The translations under genes and the position numbers were made by a program. DNA of 64,000 bases from an uncultured cyanobacterium (GTDB taxonomy: Bacteria; Cyanobacteriota; Cyanobacteriia; PCC-6307; Cyanobiaceae): the NCBI GenBank assembly GCA_963697335.1, contig CAVONQ010000018.1:320001-384000 (forward strand). The letters run 5' to 3'. This document shows, in pieces, positions 1 to 9,117 of this stretch; within the stretch, counting starts at the first letter, position 1; each line of letters starts with the position of its first letter. The notes under the pieces were generated by a model that was given only the letters and a program-made list of their open reading frames with translations, made no database searches and was not told where the DNA came from.

Positions 1-433
1 CGCCACTGATCCCGCCGGGGCCGTGAGCTCCGACTGGCTCGAGCAGCGCTGCTGTGAGTTCGCCACGGTGCATCCGGCCCGCCAGGGACGCGAGGCCCGC
101 TTCGCCTGGATGGCCGTGACCGAGCAGGAGCGCGGCAATGCGCCGCTGCAGGCCATCGAGAAGCTGGATCTCAGCAGTGGGGAGCGCCGTGTGTGGTGCG
201 CCGGGGCACGCAGCTTCGTGAGCGAGCCCGTGATGGTGCCCCGCGCCGCCACAGGGTCTGAAGCCGCCACCGGTTCTGAAGACGACGGCTGGGTGCTCTG
301 CGTGGTGTGGAACGGCGCCCGCTGCGCCAGTGATCTGGTGATCCTCAACGCCGACGATCTCTCGGAGCAGGCGGTGCTGGAGCTGCCCCTGGCCATCCCC
401 CATGGCCTGCACGGCAGCTGGGTGGCGGCCTAA
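1..433 (+). CDS. Carotenoid oxygenase (RPE65/CCO family), C-terminal part, truncated by window start
   Basis: Motifs FVSEPVMVPR, EDDGWVL and the terminal IPHGLHGSW (Fe-ligand His) typical of carotenoid cleavage dioxygenases. Confidence 0.88.
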   Translation, partial: ATDPAGAVSSDWLEQRCCEFATVHPARQGREARFAWMAVTEQERGNAPLQAIEKLDLSSGERRVWCAGARSFVSEPVMVPRAATGSEAATGSEDDGWVLCVVWNGARCASDLVILNADDLSEQAVLELPLAIPHGLHGSWVAA

Positions 434-1047
434 GGGCTGGCGAACAGCTGGCGCAGCTGGGGTTCGAGGGCCGCGAAGGCGCGGCCCCGATGGCCCAGGC
501 GGGCCTTGGTGGCACTGTCCATCTCGGCAAAGGTCTGGCCGGCCTCGGGCACGTGGAACACCGGGTCGTAGCCGAACCCCCCTGTGCCCCGGGGCGCCTC
601 CAGAATCACGCCCGGACAGTGGCCCTCCACCGCCAGCCGCACCCGGCCGCGGGGGTCGGCCACGGCCAGGGCGGCGCTGAACTGAGCCCTGCGCTCCTCG
701 GTGTCAGCCAGTTCCTCGTCGGCCAGTTCCTCCAGCAGCCGGGCGATGCGGGCGGCATCGGTGGCGGCGTAGCGGGCTGAATGCACTCCAGGGGCGCCGC
801 CCAGGGCCGCCACGCAGAGGCCGGAATCGTCGGCCAGGGCCCAGCACCCTGTCAGGCGGGCCACGACGCTCGCCTTGATGGCGGCGTTCTCGGCGAAGCT
901 GCTTCCCGTTTCCTCCACCTCCAGGCCTTCGGGCTGGGGCCTCAGCTCCAGGCCCAGCCCCGCCAGCAGCCGGCTGAATTCGCCCACTTTGCCGGCGTTG
1001 CCACTGGCGATCACCAGCACGCCGGGTTTGCCGTTCGTGGCGTCCAT
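430..1047 (-). CDS. rdgB: RdgB/HAM1 non-canonical purine NTP pyrophosphatase
   Basis: ASGNAGK, EETGSSFAENA, ADDSGL, GFGYDPVF, GHRGRA motifs. Confidence 0.95.
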   Translation of the reverse strand: MDATNGKPGVLVIASGNAGKVGEFSRLLAGLGLELRPQPEGLEVEETGSSFAENAAIKASVVARLTGCWALADDSGLCVAALGGAPGVHSARYAATDAARIARLLEELADEELADTEERRAQFSAALAVADPRGRVRLAVEGHCPGVILEAPRGTGGFGYDPVFHVPEAGQTFAEMDSATKARLGHRGRAFAALEPQLRQLFASP

Positions 1048-1057
1048 GGCTGCGGCC

Positions 1058-2527
1058 TCACACCTGCTCGGCCAGCTGCTGCGCCCAGGCGAGCACGCAG
1101 GCCACCCGTTCCGGGCTGGGGGCCTCGCAGTAGAGCCGCAGCAGTGGCTCGGTGCCCGAAAAGCGCAGCATCAGCCAGTGGCTGGGCCCCAGCCGCAGCT
1201 TTACGCCGTCGGTGCGGATCACCTCCTGCACCGGCAGCCCGGCCACCTCGGCCGGCGGCTGGGCGGCCAGCAGGGCCTCAAGCCTGGCCCGGGCCGCCAT
1301 GTCCGGCAGGCGCAGGTCGAGCCGGTCGTAGGCCGCAGCCCCGCCACAGCGCTGCTGCAGGGCATCGAGGCGCTGGCCCAGGGGCACACCACCCTCCACC
1401 AGCGCCTCGATCAGCAGCAGGGCGGCAAAGGGGGCGTCCCGTTCCGGCAGATGCATGCCGAACCCCACGCCGCCCGATTCCTCGCCCCCCACCAGCACCT
1501 CGCCGGCCAGCATTTCGGCGGCGATGTACTTGAAGCCCACCGGTTTTTCCAGCACGGTGCGGCCCAGCCCCTCGGCCACCTGCTGCATCAGGTCGGAGCC
1601 GCTCACGGTCTTGATCACCAGCCCAGGCAGCTGGCGGGCCCGGGCCAGGTGGTCGATGAACAGGGGCATCAGCAGCTGGGTGCTGCAGAAGCGGCCCTGT
1701 TCATCCACCGCCGCGAGGCGGTCGCCATCGCCGTCGAACACAATCCCCATGGCCGGTTTGCCGGCCGCCGTGCTGGCGCGCACCGCGGCGATGAGCTCCT
1801 GCAGGTAGGGGGCCAGGGGCTCGGGGGGATGGCCGCCGAAGAGGGGGTCCCGCTGGCTGCGGATCTCGTGGATGGCCCCGCTGGCCAGGGCCTGGGGACC
1901 CAGCAGGGCAGGCAGCACGCCGGCGGCGGAGCCGTGCATCGGATCCACGATCACGCTGAGGCCCAGGCGCTCCAGCCCCGCCGCCAGGGCGTCGGTGTCC
2001 ACCTTGGCCCGCAGGCCGGCCAGGTAGGGGCCGAGGGCATCAAACCGGGGCGTGTCGGCCGGCCGCGGCACGGTGATGCCGCCGGCGGCCAGGCGCGTTT
2101 CCACCCGCTGGGTGAAGTCTCCCTCCACCGAGCCGCCGAAGGGCCCCTTGATCTTCAGGCCGAGCCATTCGGGCGGGTTGTGGCTGGCGGTGATCACCAG
2201 GGCGCCGAGGGCGCCGCGCTCCACCACCGCCCAGCTGCTGGTGGGAGTGGGGGTGGGGGTGGCGGCAAGCACCGGCTCCAGTTCGGCGCCGCGCACGGCG
2301 GCGCAGATGGCCTCGGCCAGCTCCGGTGCCAGGAAGCGGCGGTCATAGCCGATCACCACTTCGCGGCTGCGCAGCTCCGCCGGTGCCGAGGAGGCCAGTT
2401 CGCGGGCGGCGGCCGCCGCCACCGGCAACAGCCGCTCCACGGTGATGTCCACCCCGAGGATGCCCCGCCAGCCATCGGTGCCGAAGCTGATCGGAGCCGC
2501 GTCCAGGGGCAGCGGGGCTGAAACCAT
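1058..2527 (-). CDS. Phosphoglucomutase/phosphomannomutase family protein
   Basis: FGTDGWRG, TASHNP, FDGDGDR, GGEESGG, RFSGTEP motifs. Confidence 0.93.
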   Translation of the reverse strand: MVSAPLPLDAAPISFGTDGWRGILGVDITVERLLPVAAAAARELASSAPAELRSREVVIGYDRRFLAPELAEAICAAVRGAELEPVLAATPTPTPTSSWAVVERGALGALVITASHNPPEWLGLKIKGPFGGSVEGDFTQRVETRLAAGGITVPRPADTPRFDALGPYLAGLRAKVDTDALAAGLERLGLSVIVDPMHGSAAGVLPALLGPQALASGAIHEIRSQRDPLFGGHPPEPLAPYLQELIAAVRASTAAGKPAMGIVFDGDGDRLAAVDEQGRFCSTQLLMPLFIDHLARARQLPGLVIKTVSGSDLMQQVAEGLGRTVLEKPVGFKYIAAEMLAGEVLVGGEESGGVGFGMHLPERDAPFAALLLIEALVEGGVPLGQRLDALQQRCGGAAAYDRLDLRLPDMAARARLEALLAAQPPAEVAGLPVQEVIRTDGVKLRLGPSHWLMLRFSGTEPLLRLYCEAPSPERVACVLAWAQQLAEQV

Positions 2528-2714
2528 GAACCTTGGGTGTGGTGTCCGCCAGCTTGCCGGATCCTCAGCTGACTAGCGTTCCCCCGCTGCCGGACCCCAG
2601 CACCGGACCCCAGGGCCTGGGCCGGTTGAGGATCCGGGCCAGGCCCTGCTCCGCTGAGCTCTGCCCTCCCTCGCCCCCACGGCTCTGCCCCTTTCCCCAG
2701 CTCACGATCCGCCG

Positions 2715-4196
2715 ATGACCCAGGTGGTGCTCACCGACCGGCTGTTGCGCAGCTGGCTGCGCTGCAAGCGCCGGGCCTGGCTGGACCGGCACGGCGATCC
2801 GGAGGCCCGGCGCTGGACGGCCCATCGCAGCCTTGCCCTCAGCGACCAGATGGCCAGTTTCCAGAGCCTGCTGGCGCGGAAGCCCGGCCATGGGGAGGCG
2901 GCCTGCGTTGCCGGCGCGCCGGGGGTGGTGGGGCTGCGGCTGCACGGGGAGGGGCCCGCGGGTCTGCAGCTGCAGGCCCATCCCTCCCTGCTGGAGCGGC
3001 TGCCTGGTCCCAGCCGCTGGGGGGACCATGCCTATCGCCCGGTGCTGGGGCGCCAGGGCCGCAACCTCACCCGTGAGCACCGGCTGCTGCTGGCCCTGTG
3101 GGGCCGCCTGCTGGCCCTGCATCAACAGGCCCCGGTGCCCCAGGCGCTGGTGGTGGCGGGCTCGGGCCGGAACCTCCAGCGCGACACCCTCAGCCTCAGC
3201 GCCGGCCTGCAGCACCAGCTCGATGACGCCCTGCAGCGCCTCGCCGACACCCTGCAGAACCCCACGCCGCCGCCCCTGGTGGCCGATCGCAAAAAGTGTG
3301 TGCTCTGCAGCTGGCGCGGCCAGTGCGACCAGGAGGCGGCGGCTGAGGGCCATCTCAGCGAGGTGAGCGGCATCGGCGGCAAGCGGCGCGAGATGCTGCT
3401 GGAGCTGGGGATCACCAACCTCAAGCAGCTGGCGGCCGCCGATCCGGCCTGGCTGGGGGAGGCCCTGGCCGTGCACGGCGAGCAGCATCGCGACAACGCC
3501 GCGGTGCTGGTGGCCCAGGCCCGCGTGCAGGCCCTGGGGCGGGCCGAGCGGCTGGAGCCGGGGTCCCCTGGGGTCGAGGGGGCAGGGGGCCGCGAGGCGC
3601 TGCCCGAACTGCGCCACTGCCCGGGGGTGCTCCTCTATGACATCGAGTCGGATCCCGATGCCCGTGACGATTTCCTGCACGGGTTCGTGATCGTGCCCCG
3701 CGGCGCCGACGGTGCCTGGCCGGCAGGGCCGGTGCCCGCACCGGGCAGCTGGCGTTACCAGCCCCTGCTGGCCCTCTATGACCACGGCGAGGCCCTGCTG
3801 TGGCAACGGCTGCGGCGGCTGCTCGGGCGCTATCCGGCCTGGCCGGTGCTCCACTACGGCGAAACCGAGTCGATCGCCCTGCTGCGCCTGGCCCGGCGGC
3901 AGGGGGCCGGGGAGGCGGAACTGGCCGCCCTGCGCGATCGTCTGGTGGACGTGCATGCCAGGGTGCGGCGCCACTGGCGCCTGCCGGTGAACAGCTACGG
4001 CTTGAAGGCCGTGGCCAGCTGGCTCGGCTTTCGCTGGAGCCAGGGCGGCGTGGATGGCGCCCGCTGTCTGCTCTGGTGGCGCCAGTGGCGCCGCGACGGC
4101 GGCAGCCAGCGCCTGCAGCGGATCTTCACCTACAACCGTGACGACAACCTGGCCACCTGGGCCGTGGTGCGCTGGCTGCTCGACGGCCCAGGCTGA
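2715..4196 (+). CDS. TM0106-family RecB-like putative nuclease with C-terminal RNase H-like/DEDD domain
   Basis: N-terminal RCKRRAWLD, CVLCSWRGQC cluster, HhH-like VSGIG, LYDIESDP...SYGLKAVA...YNRDD. Confidence 0.85.
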   Translation: MTQVVLTDRLLRSWLRCKRRAWLDRHGDPEARRWTAHRSLALSDQMASFQSLLARKPGHGEAACVAGAPGVVGLRLHGEGPAGLQLQAHPSLLERLPGPSRWGDHAYRPVLGRQGRNLTREHRLLLALWGRLLALHQQAPVPQALVVAGSGRNLQRDTLSLSAGLQHQLDDALQRLADTLQNPTPPPLVADRKKCVLCSWRGQCDQEAAAEGHLSEVSGIGGKRREMLLELGITNLKQLAAADPAWLGEALAVHGEQHRDNAAVLVAQARVQALGRAERLEPGSPGVEGAGGREALPELRHCPGVLLYDIESDPDARDDFLHGFVIVPRGADGAWPAGPVPAPGSWRYQPLLALYDHGEALLWQRLRRLLGRYPAWPVLHYGETESIALLRLARRQGAGEAELAALRDRLVDVHARVRRHWRLPVNSYGLKAVASWLGFRWSQGGVDGARCLLWWRQWRRDGGSQRLQRIFTYNRDDNLATWAVVRWLLDGPG

Positions 4197-4197
4197 C

Positions 4198-5199
4198 TCA
4201 GCTGGCCCCGGAGGCGGTCCCGGAGCCGGCGCCCACCGGCGGGGCGATGAACCCAGCCGGGGTGGACATCTGCACGCAGGGTCCGCCGGGGCCGAGCCGC
4301 AGTTCGGTGGCGGCAAGGGCCTGGCGGCGCACCAGGGCCAGGCCGATCCAGGCGCCTGAGGGGAGACGCAGGGCAGAGGTCACGCTGCCGCAGCGCCCGG
4401 CATCGGACTCGTCGCTACTGAGCAGCACCGTGCCGATGGGAGCCGCCGCCAGCGGCGTTGGCTGCTCCGCCCCGGAGCCCTCTGCCGGCTGGGGCAGATG
4501 CCAGCGCCGCAGCTGCTGCTTGACGCCGTCGTAGGTGGCCAGCTTGGCCAGGGTTTCCTGGCCCACGTAGCAGCCCTTCGAGAGGCTCACCCGATCCGCC
4601 AGGCCCAGCTCAAACGGGTTGGTGCCGTCGTTGAGTTCCGCCGGTTCGGCCGGCAGGCCCTGCTGCAGCCGCCAGCGCTCCTGCCCGGCTGCGTCCAGGG
4701 GCGGCAGGGCCTCCAGGTCCGCGGGCAGGGCCGTGAGCTGGTGGAGCAGCCAGCTCGGCCCCAGCCGCCAGCCCTGATTCGCGGGCAGGGCCTGCCACTG
4801 GAGCGGCACTGGCGGGCTGGCCAGGCTGGGTGCGGCGATGGCGGGGCTGGGGGTGGGGAGCGGCGTCAGCAGCCAGGCGGGCTGCAGGGCCCCCAGCTCC
4901 ACCTGATCGGCGGGAAAGAGCACCCGGTCGAGGCTGGAGCGGATGGCGGCGGCATCGCCGTGGGTCACCACCAGCCAGGCGCCCTCGCTCTCCACGAGTA
5001 CCTCCGCCAGGGCCCGCATGCGGCCGGTGGGGGAAATGCAGCAGGTGCGGATCCAGGCCCCCGCTGGGGCGCGTTCCAGATCAGCGCTGGTCTGACCGTG
5101 CAGAAACCGCAGGGTGTCGGGCCCGCGCAGGTGCAGCAGGGACACGGGCTGCTGCAGCCGTGCCGCGGGGGCGGGTTGCCAGGTCCAGGGATCGTGCAT
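4198..5199 (-). CDS. ygfZ: YgfZ/GcvT-like folate-binding protein
   Basis: FLHGQTS and signature KGCYVGQE. Confidence 0.9.
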   Translation of the reverse strand: MHDPWTWQPAPAARLQQPVSLLHLRGPDTLRFLHGQTSADLERAPAGAWIRTCCISPTGRMRALAEVLVESEGAWLVVTHGDAAAIRSSLDRVLFPADQVELGALQPAWLLTPLPTPSPAIAAPSLASPPVPLQWQALPANQGWRLGPSWLLHQLTALPADLEALPPLDAAGQERWRLQQGLPAEPAELNDGTNPFELGLADRVSLSKGCYVGQETLAKLATYDGVKQQLRRWHLPQPAEGSGAEQPTPLAAAPIGTVLLSSDESDAGRCGSVTSALRLPSGAWIGLALVRRQALAATELRLGPGGPCVQMSTPAGFIAPPVGAGSGTASGAS

Positions 5200-5207
5200 G
5201 GGGGAGT

Positions 5208-5759
5208 TCAGGGCAGAGCGCTGGCCGTGGCCGCCAGCTCGTCGAGCAGAAACAGGCTGCGCAGTTCCAGGCCGACGGCCGTCATGGCCTCAAGACCCCC
5301 CTCCTGCCGGTCCACGATGGTCACCACCCGCTCCACCGTGTAGCCCGCCTCCCTCAGCTGGTGCACCGCCTGGAGCGAGGAGCCGCCGGTGGTCACCACG
5401 TCCTCCAGCACGGTGATCCGGCTGCCGGGCGCCGGCAGGGGACCCTCCAGCCAGGCGCCCGTGCCATGGCCCTTGGCCTGTTTGCGCACGATCAGGGCCG
5501 CCAGGTCCCGGCCCTCCAGGGCGGCCCGCAAGGCCACGGCGCTCACGAGCGGATCCGCCCCCAGGGTGAGTCCGGCCACGGCCGCCGCCTCGTCTTCCAC
5601 CTCGGCCAGCATCAGGGATCCGAGCAGGGCCAGCCCCACGCCGCTGAGGCTCACGGGCTTGCAGTTCACGTAGTGGTCGCTGCTGCGACCCGAGGCCAGG
5701 GTGAAACTGCCGTGCCTGTAGGCCTGGTGGGCCAGGCGCTGTAGAAGTTCCTGGCGCAT
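5208..5759 (-). CDS. pyrE: Orotate phosphoribosyltransferase
   Basis: [32 protein letters not shown] motif; ATG at 5759 chosen as start. Confidence 0.95.
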   Translation of the reverse strand: MRQELLQRLAHQAYRHGSFTLASGRSSDHYVNCKPVSLSGVGLALLGSLMLAEVEDEAAAVAGLTLGADPLVSAVALRAALEGRDLAALIVRKQAKGHGTGAWLEGPLPAPGSRITVLEDVVTTGGSSLQAVHQLREAGYTVERVVTIVDRQEGGLEAMTAVGLELRSLFLLDELAATASALP

Positions 5760-5896
5760 GACCAACGGCGTTGCGGACGGGGCCAGACAGGTGGGGGGAG
5801 AGGGCAAGAGCACGGCTTGGCGATGAACAGGCGGTTCGCTGTGGAAGAAACGAATCACAGTGGGTAGTCTGCGCTGTAAGTGGCATGGGCATGGGG

Positions 5897-6505
5897 ATGG
5901 ACGCGCGCGCAAGGCTCCTGATCCGGCTGCGGGGTGGCGGACCCGGTTCCGACCACCTCACCGCGCCTGCCGGACTGGTCGTATCCGCCGGACTGGCCGC
6001 TTCGGTGGGGCTGCTCGCTGGTGCATTGGTGAGCGCCGAGCCTGCCCAGGCCGGCCCGATGATCTGCACCACCACCCTGGAGGCTCCCCTTGATCAGCCC
6101 TCCCGACCGGGTCTGCCCCCGGCTCCGGTGGAAGTCACCCGTTGCAACGCCCTGCAGACGGTGCCCGACCTGGTGCAGCGTCGCTACTACAGCTACACCG
6201 CTCCCTTCGCCCAGGCCGTGAGCCTCGGCAACCAGATCACCGAGCTGTTTGGCATCGCCATGGGTGGTGGCGATGGCACCCGGGTGATGGGCCTCGGCTT
6301 TTCCGACCAGGCGATCGTCTGGGACAGCACGGCGATCGAAAACACCTTGCGGGCCCTGAACGAGCGTCAGAGCGACCCCATGCCGCTGCGCACGGCGGAT
6401 GTCTCGAGTGGCTTCAACGGCAACCTCGGCTCTGAGCAGGCCCTGCCCACGGCATGGCAGGACCCTGGGCCCACCTGGTCGCCGCCGGTTCGCGGCCTCT
6501 GGTGA
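5897..6505 (+). CDS. Hypothetical exported protein (signal peptide, two Cys)
   Basis: GC3-rich codons, hydrophobic stretch ending AQA, CTTT...TRC; start uncertain (5885-5897). Confidence 0.7.
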   Translation: MDARARLLIRLRGGGPGSDHLTAPAGLVVSAGLAASVGLLAGALVSAEPAQAGPMICTTTLEAPLDQPSRPGLPPAPVEVTRCNALQTVPDLVQRRYYSYTAPFAQAVSLGNQITELFGIAMGGGDGTRVMGLGFSDQAIVWDSTAIENTLRALNERQSDPMPLRTADVSSGFNGNLGSEQALPTAWQDPGPTWSPPVRGLW

Positions 6506-6548
6506 GGCCGGCTGGAACCGAGCGATCCACGGCCTCAAGCCATTCCTC

Positions 6549-6621
6549 GGGGGTCTAGCAATCTGGTGAATGCAGCGGGCTCATAATCCGCCTTAGGCGA
6601 GTTCGATCCTCGCGACCCCCA
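6549..6621 (+). tRNA. tRNA with CAT anticodon (elongator Met or Ile2), atypical D-arm
   Basis: Acceptor GGGGGTC/GACCCCC plus A73; anticodon arm GCGGG-CTCATAA-TCCGC; T-arm GCGAG-TTCGATC-CTCGC. Confidence 0.92.
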
Positions 6622-6743
6622 TGTCGGCTGGGCGCCTCCGGCGGCTACCGGCCTTAGCGTCAACAGACGACCGCCCCCCAAGGACGCCCTCTCCGCGTGC
6701 CCCACCCGCTGTTTCCTCCTCCTCGGCCGGCCCGGCTGCCCGC

Positions 6744-8087
6744 TTGGTGATCCTGCTGCTAGCCCTGCCGGTTCTGGTGCTGCTGCAGGCTTTCTTCTCG
6801 GCCGGCGAGCTGGCGGTGATCAAGCTGCGCCCCAGCCGTGTGAGCCAGCTGCTCGAGAGTGGCGAACCCGGGGCCAGGGCCGTGGCGGCACTGCAGCGGC
6901 GGCTGCGGCGGGTGCTGGTGGCCACCCAGCTCGGCGCCGTGCTGGCCCTGGTGGCGATCGGCTGGGCTGGACGCACGGTGGCCGATCGGCTCACCGAGGC
7001 CTGGGCGGCCCTCGGGCTCCCCGCCGCCTGGCTGGATGGGGGGGTGTTCCTGGCCCTGGTGCTTGGGGCCACCGTGCTCGGCGGCCTGGCCCCCAAGGCC
7101 TGGGTGCTGCACAGCCCCGAGGGCTCGGCCCTGCGCCTCTCTCCCTTGCTGGTGGCGGTCAGCAGGAGCCTGGCCCCGGTGATCGGCCTGATCGAGCGGA
7201 TGTCGGCCGTCGTGCTGCGGCTGCTGGGCCTGCCCCGCAACTGGGATGAGCTGGTGCCGATGCTGTCGGCCGGTGAACTGGAAACCCTGATCGAATCGGG
7301 CAGTGTCACCGGGTTGATGCCCGATGAGCGCAACATCCTCGAGGGGGTGTTCTCCCTGCGCGACACCCTGGTGCGGGAGGTGATGGTGCCCCGCTCCGGC
7401 ATGGTCACCCTCCCCATCGACGTGACCTTCGCGGAGCTCATGCGGGCGGTGCATGACACGGCCCACGCCCGCTTCCCGGTGCTGGGCACTTCCCTCGATG
7501 ATGTGAAGGGTCTGCTGGATCTGAGGCGCCTGGCCGATCCGATCGCCCGGGGACTGCTGAGCCCCGACACCCCCCTGGCCCCCTATGTGGTGCCGGTGGC
7601 CCAGGTACAGGAGAGCACCCCCCTGGCCGAGCTGCTGCCCCTGATCCGCAGCGGCCAGCCGCTGCTGGTGGTGGTGGATGAGCATGGCGGCACCGAGGGT
7701 CTGGTCACCGTGGCTGACCTCACCAGCGAGATCGTCGGGGATGACGACGATCCCCAGGAGCGGCTCGACGAGCTGCAGCAGCTCCGGGAGGGCTGCTGGT
7801 TGGCGGTGGGGGATCTCGAGATCGTGGAACTGAACCGACAGCTGCCCGTGCCCCTGCCGGAGGCGGAAGGCCATCACACCCTGGCGGGCTTTCTCCTGGA
7901 GCGGTTGCAGCACATCCCCGCCGCCGGCGAGAGCCTGCGCTGGAATGGCTACCACTTCCGCATCCTGGCCATGGAGGGTCCCCGGATCGCCCAGGTGGAG
8001 ATCGAGCGGCGCCCCGACAGCAGCCCGACCGCGGCAGCCCAGGACGCTGATGGCTCAGAACGGCAGCAGGGGAGCGGCGATCATTGA
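6744..8087 (+). CDS. Hemolysin family CNNM/CBS/CorC_HlyC membrane protein
   Basis: AFFSAGELAV, VREVMVPR, VVDEHGGTEGLVT, HTLAGFLLE; start likely TTG/GTG at 6744-6747. Confidence 0.9.
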   Translation: MVILLLALPVLVLLQAFFSAGELAVIKLRPSRVSQLLESGEPGARAVAALQRRLRRVLVATQLGAVLALVAIGWAGRTVADRLTEAWAALGLPAAWLDGGVFLALVLGATVLGGLAPKAWVLHSPEGSALRLSPLLVAVSRSLAPVIGLIERMSAVVLRLLGLPRNWDELVPMLSAGELETLIESGSVTGLMPDERNILEGVFSLRDTLVREVMVPRSGMVTLPIDVTFAELMRAVHDTAHARFPVLGTSLDDVKGLLDLRRLADPIARGLLSPDTPLAPYVVPVAQVQESTPLAELLPLIRSGQPLLVVVDEHGGTEGLVTVADLTSEIVGDDDDPQERLDELQQLREGCWLAVGDLEIVELNRQLPVPLPEAEGHHTLAGFLLERLQHIPAAGESLRWNGYHFRILAMEGPRIAQVEIERRPDSSPTAAAQDADGSERQQGSGDH

Positions 8088-8115
8088 TAATTCACGCGGT
8101 CTGCACGCCCCTGCC

Positions 8116-9108
8116 ATGAACCCTGTGCGCGTGGGTGTCATCGGCATCGGCAACATGGGCTGGCACCACGCCAGGGTGCTGAGCCTGATCAAGGATGCCC
8201 ACCTGGTGGGGGTGGCCGACCCGGATGCCCGACGGGGCGCCCTGGCCACCGACCAGTTCGGCTGTCCGTGGCACGCCGGCTTCGAGGAGCTCCTGCCCCT
8301 GGTGGACGCGGTCTGCATCGCCGTGCCCACCCTGCAGCACCACGCCGTGGGGATGCGCTGCCTGGAGGCCGGCAAGCACGTGCTGATCGAGAAGCCGATC
8401 GCCGCCAGCCGCGACGAGGCCGCCGCCCTGATCAAGGCCGCCGAGGCCGCGGGGGTGCTGCTTCAGGTGGGCCACATCGAGCGCTTCAATCCCGCCTTCC
8501 GCGAGCTGATGAAGGTGGTGGCCAGCGAGGAGGTGGTGGTGCTGGAGGCCCGCCGCCACAGCCCCCATCCCGACCGGGCCAACGACGTGTCCGTGGTGCT
8601 GGACCTGATGATCCACGACATCGACCTGGTGCTGGAGCTGGCCGGTGCGCCGGTGGTGCGCCTGGCGGCGGCGGGGGGCCGCTCCGCCGAGGGCCCGATC
8701 GACTACGTCAACGCCACCCTGGCCTTCGCCAACGGGGTGGTGGCCAGCCTCACCGCCAGCAAGATGGCCCACCGCAAGATCCGCAGCCTCAGCGCCCACT
8801 GCCGTTCCTCCCTGGTGGAGACAGACTTCCTCAACCGCACCCTGCACATCCACCGCCGTGCCCACGAGACGGTGAGCGCTGAGCACGGCGAGCTCGTGTA
8901 CCGCTCCGACGGGGTGATTGAGGAGGTGAGCACCACCTCGATTGAGCCGCTCTACGCCGAACTCGAGCACTTTCTGCAGTGCGTGCGCGGTCGGGAGGTG
9001 CCGGCGGTGGATGGTCTGCAGGCGTCACGGGCGCTGCAGCTGGCCGATCTGATCGAGGAGTGCGTCGAGCAGCCCAGCCTCTCGATGACCCTGGAACAGC
9101 CGATCTGA
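8116..9108 (+). CDS. Gfo/Idh/MocA family oxidoreductase
   Basis: GVIGIGNMG, HVLIEKP, GHIERFNP, DLMIHDID. Confidence 0.92.
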   Translation: MNPVRVGVIGIGNMGWHHARVLSLIKDAHLVGVADPDARRGALATDQFGCPWHAGFEELLPLVDAVCIAVPTLQHHAVGMRCLEAGKHVLIEKPIAASRDEAAALIKAAEAAGVLLQVGHIERFNPAFRELMKVVASEEVVVLEARRHSPHPDRANDVSVVLDLMIHDIDLVLELAGAPVVRLAAAGGRSAEGPIDYVNATLAFANGVVASLTASKMAHRKIRSLSAHCRSSLVETDFLNRTLHIHRRAHETVSAEHGELVYRSDGVIEEVSTTSIEPLYAELEHFLQCVRGREVPAVDGLQASRALQLADLIEECVEQPSLSMTLEQPI

Positions 9109-9117
9109 GCTGCCTGC

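Noticed and set aside
2557..2714. Possible mini CRISPR array beside the Cas4-like nuclease
   Set aside because: Repeats are only 11 bp with a 2-nt gap, there are no spacers and no cas genes.
6621..6743. ORF-track start of the hemolysin gene at the tRNA discriminator base
   Set aside because: The extension is low-complexity and non-homologous; a start at 6744-6747 fits the family better.
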